The notes under the pieces are model-generated. The model made no database searches. It worked only from the letters and a program-made list of their open reading frames with translations, and was not told where the DNA came from. A DNA stretch of 64,000 nucleotides from Octopus vulgaris (lineage: Eukaryota), in the NCBI GenBank assembly GCA_951406725.2, contig OX597819.1, positions 21,018,001 through 21,082,000 of the forward strand. Direction: 5' to 3'. Of the stretch, positions 57,853-64,000 are shown piece after piece. A program made the translations under genes and the position numbers. The stretch's first letter is position 1, and every line of letters begins with the position of its first letter.

Positions 57853-57902
<50 letters not shown>

Positions 57903-58135
57903 TACAAAATGGAACAAGAACGCAAAACATCCAGGTAGACGATACAAAAAACACGGACGGGTCATTCGACGCCTTTAATATTCAGTCAAGAACCGGATCA
58001 TCCTCGCAATTTCGGCTGATTAATCTATGACTAGACACAGACACAAAGACAAACACACGCGGATATAAGAATTAACGAATTGCACAGATTTTTACTGAAC
58101 TAACGTGTATACTAATTCCATGTTAATGACAGATG

Positions 58136-58220
<85 letters not shown>

Positions 58221-58539
58221 GGCGATCAACCAGACTATCGGATGTTGTTGTACATCGCTTGTCACATTGCGCCTTGCATCGTTTTAGGTTTGGGATGATG
58301 CCACCCTGCAAGTTATGATGGCGGTTGGTAAAACGAATTTTGGAATTCCCCACCCAACATTTCCTCGTAAAGGATTGATTAATATGCACCTTACAACAAT
58401 TTATTGTGTGATTCCTCACGTTAGATTGCTTTCATGCATAAATTGTTAACAATTATCGGTATCTCTCTCTATATATATTTATCTAACTCACGCTATGTAC
58501 GTGTGAGGAGGGTGCGTGCGTGTGTGTGTATGTTTGTGT

Positions 58540-58860
58540 GTTCAAAATTCCATTTCAAACATGGACAGAGGTTCATAATTAAGATTGGTTTCGCCTGTGA
58601 ATCCAAAAATGTAAATCACGTGATAACTTGTTCAGGTTGTGGCCTCAACTATATATGTCAAATAAAGACGTCTCTCAGACGGAGAATGCACTTCATAAGG
58701 AACCGATGCGCTTCCCAAGTTATAGAGACATACTATTAAACGAAAGCAAAGATGTATGGAGAATCTCCAAATTTCACTGGGGGTTTTTTTTTCCGATTTA
58801 TCAACACGAAGTAAGAATTTCTATGCAACGATGATTAAATAAAGGGAATATACATATAAA
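58540..58860 (+). mobile_element. PLE GIY-YIG domain relic
   Basis: FHFKHGQRFIIKIGFACESKNVNHVITCSGCGLNYICQ is homologous to 51870-52000. Confidence 0.85.
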
Positions 58861-59067
58861 AAAGAATAGAAATCGCACCAGAGTATGAACACATGTCTAA
58901 TTTTCGATATTGTTATGTCATGAAAATTAGCAACAATCGGTTGACCATACTAATATAAGCAGCAACCTGGTGTTAACTCTTTAAAACATATGTACATTCT
59001 GTGCATTGTCCTTCTTTTTACTACACACACACAGATGTATATATGTGAGTGTATCTATCTATCTATC

Positions 59068-59143
<76 letters not shown>

Positions 59144-59164
59144 CGTTGAATATATACATGTATA

Positions 59165-59208
<44 letters not shown>

Positions 59209-59229
59209 AGATCTTTAGTCACTACATAC

Positions 59230-59379
59230 ATTTTTTTCTCTCCTTGTTTTTTGTGTCCCTTTCTGTAGAAGAGCGTAGGCTCGAAACGTAAAAGACTTTT
59301 CTATTCCTGAGCGCAATATTAATAAATCTGTTTGTTTTGTACACCACCTGTCTTCGTCTTTTGTTTTTTCGTAAACTTT

Positions 59380-59382
<3 letters not shown>
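59230..59382 (+). mobile_element. PLE terminal-repeat fragment with HHR at 59259-59294 (U6 variant)
   Basis: cttt CTGTAGA a gagc-gtag-gctc GAAA cg TA aaag; fragment ends in (TA)n. Confidence 0.8.
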
Positions 59383-59434
<52 letters not shown>

Positions 59435-59476
59435 TGTATGTACGTACGTGTTTATATATGTACATATATACGTGTT

Positions 59477-59532
<56 letters not shown>

Positions 59533-61231
59533 CATATATACAATGTTGTGTGCTTAAAATGCTCGCTTTGCAGCCAAGCGGTTTCGGGTACTGTTCCACT
59601 GCGTGGAATCTTTCGGAGCGTATCTTTACCAGTCTTCAAGTTAACATCGATTAAGGAATTTTGCTCTATCTGCCTGAACAGCATTATTGCTGGACAGCCA
59701 TAATGGTGCTAAAGATTACGTAGAGAATTTTGTGGTTACAGTTTCAGCTTCTTTTGTTCTGTATATCATCCCGGAGACTGCACTGTTAGAGGCAATTCGA
59801 CATTCTAGAAGCGACAACCATATTATTCCTCAAAGTGGCGATGCTCCAGTGTAGCCAAATGACTGAAACAAGAATAACATTCCCTCTCCACTCCCGCCCC
59901 GAAACAGTTATCGTGGTGAGTAGACGAGGGAGGGAAGGAGAGATTAGAAGAATGAGGAAGCACACAATTAACAGATGGCAGGAGGTGAAGAAGGAAAGGA
60001 TAAAGAAGTAAGAGGAGAGATGAGGATAGGAGGTGAAGAATAAGAAGTGGAAGGATGAGTAGGTAGAGGAGGGTGAAAAGGAGGAAGGAGTAAGAGGAGG
60101 AAGAAGAATAAAGAGGGGGGATTAGGAAGATAGGAAGCAAAGAAGGAAAAATCGGAAGGAGGAGGAAGAAGATTGAAAGCAGGAAGGTGTAGGAGGAGGA
60201 AGAAGCCAAACAGCAACAACAACACAAACCACTAAAAGATTTAATGTTTATGTCCGTTCCGTGTATGCAGAGAATTTATACCCAAATATAATTACTTCAG
60301 TCATTTCATTAGAAATTTGTCGGCACAATAATTATAGTTTTGCAATTTGTAACATTTTAACATCGACGCAGTGACAGTGAAAATACTGTGACATTTATTT
60401 GACGATTAAAGAAAGCAGCAATTGCGATTTAATGGATGCAAATGACACCAACAGATTGAAAACTGTAGACATTCCAAGATTGTTTGATCGAGAAATTTTT
60501 AGAATTTTAATAAATCTCCCGTTGAAGCAACCGGATTCGGTGTTTAGCATCAGGAGAATATATTCAAGAGTATCGTTACTAATAAATAAATACATCTTAG
60601 ACTCGTTATATATTTTTACTGTGTAGGCTCGAGTCAGTATAAATTATTATTCGAAAACATCATCAGCGAAAAGTTCGATTAGGAAGATTCCTGATTTAAT
60701 ATTCATGAAGTAAAACTAATATTTCTTGTTTCATAGAAAAAAAGTCATCTATAAATCAGAATTATGGGGGAAATTTTCAGTTAAAAATACGATCTAATGT
60801 CCTATTCCTTTAAAAGAATAATTAATTTATTTCGTATTTTGCCAATAAATTAAAATGTGGGAAAATAGAGAAATATAGAAACAGTGGTGTAGCAAAACGG
60901 TGAATAGGAAAACGAATATAACAGACTGAATAATTTTATGTCAATACAATCACTTGTCAGTATTGTTCTCTGAATGTTATAATCTCAAATATTTATGGAA
61001 TTCCTCATCATCTATATTAAGTTGGATGAGATAGATCTGAAATACAGAAATATTACGATGACGCGGAAAATGTTGATGGTTGTGGCCCATAATAATTTAG
61101 ATCACAAGAGCTGCCGTGAGGACTGAAGAATGTAAAATTCGATGCTTTATTTCATTTGTGAAATTCATGGTGGATGTCTTTGAATTTATCGAATTATTCC
61201 ATGGACTATCGTATGCACTAATTTTCGCCAG

Positions 61232-61365
61232 CATACACCATGCCGTCCAAGAATCTGGACCTAGAGATGTCCATTTCCAACGACTTTGAAGGCGACCTCC
61301 AAGTGGTGTCGGGTGTCAACGAAGAGCCCTCGACTACAACAAAACGACCAAATTTTTTTTCCAAG
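61232..61365 (+). CDS. Candidate coding exon of an unidentified host gene
   Basis: Branch-like cactaat plus ttttcgccAG acceptor; open frame YTMPSKNLDLEMSISNDFEGDLQVVSGVNEEPSTTTKRPNFFSK; donor AAG|GTGTGG; third-position-biased divergence from the 45.7-kb copy. Confidence 0.5.
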
Positions 61366-62244
61366 GTGTGGGGTCTCCCGCCCCTAAGCCCTAGACCATC
61401 ACCTAATCACCCTTACCCGTCTTGTTGCTTAACAACAACAACAACAGCAAATACCATCACTAGCTTCGTCAAATAATGGATGTGACTTCATCGTACTTCA
61501 TGTTATGGTTTTTCTTCATTCAATTTTCCTAATATAATAGATTCCACTTGTGTTTGACATCGTAAACACAAAAGATGAAATCTAAAAATCTCAAAACTTT
61601 AAATTATTCAGTTCTTATTTATATTAGCTTGCTATATTTCTCGAATGTGTTAAAATGATCAAACTTATGCCTACCGCTATACGAAGCACTACAGCTTCCT
61701 CAACCCACTACGATGTCATCAACGAAGATTACCAGCCACACAGAAAACATCCCATCCACTATTACCTGAGATATTGTATATTAACTGAACAATGTTGTAC
61801 TAGGACAATTGACGTTGAAAAACAGCCTAATCACCTACAAATCACACCGCTTAAGAATTATAAAACAATATCGGGACTATACTGTTACTCTTCTTAATAT
61901 ACCAATGATAGAGAACGCCTTTGAATGGGCTGGGTGTCATGCAACAAGGATAACATAAACAAGATTGTATCAATATTAGAAATCAATATTCTATGGGTAA
62001 ATAAAAGCTCCGCTCATTACGTGACAGTAATCAGCTGCTACGGACATTTCCCAAGTCCTCTACTGGCTGTTACGGAGACGCACTAGATGCGCATGAGTGA
62101 ACACCGCTTCCTGTGCCAGCAGCCTGATCTAGAGGAAAGGGAATTCCTAGACCTCTGGTTATCAGTATCATCGAGATCGGAAGAGATACTACCACTTACC
62201 TCTTTATAGAGAGAGAGGGGGGAGACGGAAGAGAGAGAGTGAAG

Positions 62245-62400
62245 AACGCATGGCTCAGTAGTTCGAGCGTCGGGATCACAATCACAAGGTAGTGATTTCG
62301 ATTCCCAGACCGAGCTGTGTTGTGTTCTTCAGCAAGACATTTCCCCCCTGTTCCTCCTGTTCACTCAGCCGTAGAAATCTTAGCAATGCTGCTAATCTGC
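62245..62400 (+). mobile_element. tRNA/CORE-like SINE fragment
   Basis: gcatggctcagtagttcgagcg...tttcgattcccagaccg...ttcttcagcaagac; related copy at 63303-63530. Confidence 0.7.
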
Positions 62401-63025
62401 CGCACCTCAGTGACTCTAAATACGTGTGTTGTCTCGAAATGAAAACCAACGTTAGCCTCGCCGAAATTTGAACGCAGATTGGACAGAGAGACATGATCAA
62501 CGGCACAAATACTTCTGTCCATTGCTTTAATGAAGCTACCAAAGCTTCGTCTATCGCAAGATAAATGAAACTTCCTCAAACACTGAATTAGAAAGGAAAA
62601 AAAAAACGATGAAATTATGGTGACATTTATGTAAACACTTTAAGCAAGGGAAAATAATAGAAAATAACATTTAATAAATTACAGATCAAAACCTCATCCT
62701 GTAAAGAACTGCAAATAGAAAATGTTTTCCAGGTGATATTTCCGGGAAAATTACTTTGTATGTTAAGAGGTTCCATACAAAGGAAGGAAGGCAGTACATT
62801 TTGTTCAATAGATTAAGCCTAACCTCGAAGACATTTGAAGAAATTCTTTCACGGAGTTACCAAAAACATTTTCCTTACATTAATAATTTTTCAAATACCA
62901 TTTAACTCGTATGAACTTTTGCACCGAGTGAACATGTTGCAAAACTGTAAACAAAGGAAAAGACGTTTAGTTGACAAACATACATTTGCACGAAAAGATG
63001 AAGACACTAACATATATATATATAA

Positions 63026-63252
63026 GGCGGCGAGCTGGCAGACACGTTAGCGCGCCGGGCGAAATGCTTAACTGTATTTCGTCTGTCGTTACGTTCTGAG
63101 TTCAAATTCCGCCGAGGTCGACTTTGCCTTTCATCCTTTCGGGGTCGATAAATTAAGTACCAGTTTCGCACTGGCGTCGATGTAATTGACTTAATCTGTT
63201 TGTCTGTCTTTGTTTGTCCCCTTTATGTTTAGCCCCTTGTGGGCAGTAAAGA

Positions 63253-63256
<4 letters not shown>
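63026..63256 (+). mobile_element. SINE family B, full length
   Basis: Highly similar to the 47306 and 55332 copies. Confidence 0.9.
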
Positions 63257-63306
<50 letters not shown>

Positions 63307-63598
63307 TAGTGAGTTCGATTCCCAGTCCGAGCAGTGTTATGTTCTTCAGCAAGACAATTTTTTCCCGTTCCTCCTGTTTACTCACTGGTGCCAAGCTGTA
63401 TCGGCTTTTGCCTTTCCTTTGGATAACATCGGTGGAGTTTGGTACGCATGGGCGACTGCTGGTCTTCCATAAACAATCTTACTGGGACTTGTACTTCAGA
63501 TGCGAACTTCCAGGGTCTAATCCGATGGCCATTCAAAAGGGGTCTTTCACATTTATATAGATAGATATACATACATACATGCATATATACTTGCAGAC

Positions 63599-63649
<51 letters not shown>

Positions 63650-63684
63650 CTTATACACACTTCATTCAATATTCTCATTCAATA

Positions 63685-63846
63685 TGTGACCGCGTGTGTA
63701 TAGTTGGCGATTTTCTTTCTCCGTCTTCACTTCCTTGGACCTTTCCTTTTTCTATGTTCTTGACGAAGAGCTCCGCTTCAATAACACTATGCTTGTTTCA
63801 CGTCCTCGCGTTATTGTGTTTTCTCTTTGTTCATGTTTGGATTAAC
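63685..63846 (+). mobile_element. PLE terminal-repeat fragment with broken HHR
   Basis: ttgacgaagagctccgct is retained but the GAAA-containing segment is deleted relative to 15923-16135. Confidence 0.7.
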
Positions 63847-63868
63847 TATATATATATATATATATATA

Positions 63869-64000
63869 GGCGAAGGAGTGGCTTGTGATAAGTAGTATGC
63901 TTACCAACTACATAGCCCCGCGTTCAGTCCCACTGCGTGGCACCTTGGGCACATGACTTCTACTATAGCCTCGGGCCAGGCAAAGCCTTGTGAGTGGATT
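63869..64000 (+). mobile_element. SINE family A 5' part (runs off window)
   Basis: Matches 6324-6455. Confidence 0.9.

Noticed and set aside
59880-60230. Leu/Ser/Pro-rich ORFs on the minus strand
   Set aside because: Low-complexity purine-rich (GGA/GAA) tract.

Overview
AT-rich, repeat-dense eukaryotic DNA. The SINE families, compound (TA)n/(CA)n microsatellites and LINE mix suggest an octopus or other coleoid cephalopod; this is inference from recall. No intact host gene is visible, and most ORF-track entries are microsatellite artefacts. Recognisable elements are a 5'-truncated Penelope-like element (PLE; RT + GIY-YIG, 49.8-52.65 kb), R4/Dong-like and CR1/L2-like LINE fragments, three tRNA-derived SINE families, a TIR MITE, and Tc1 and Chapaev-like transposase relics. 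The main hidden signal is about 20 type I hammerhead ribozyme (HHR) motifs from at least 10 distinct PLE terminal-repeat families. Seven small elements have an inverted-repeat architecture, six with a mirror-image HHR pair, most with a one-sided tail; one has an 11-bp target-site duplication. Across families the catalytic-core 3:8 tertiary pair occurs in all four Watson-Crick forms (C:G, A:U, U:A, G:C). A diverged duplicated exon-like segment (45.7 and 61.2 kb) and a few enhancer-like unique islands suggest the window may be intronic to a large host gene.
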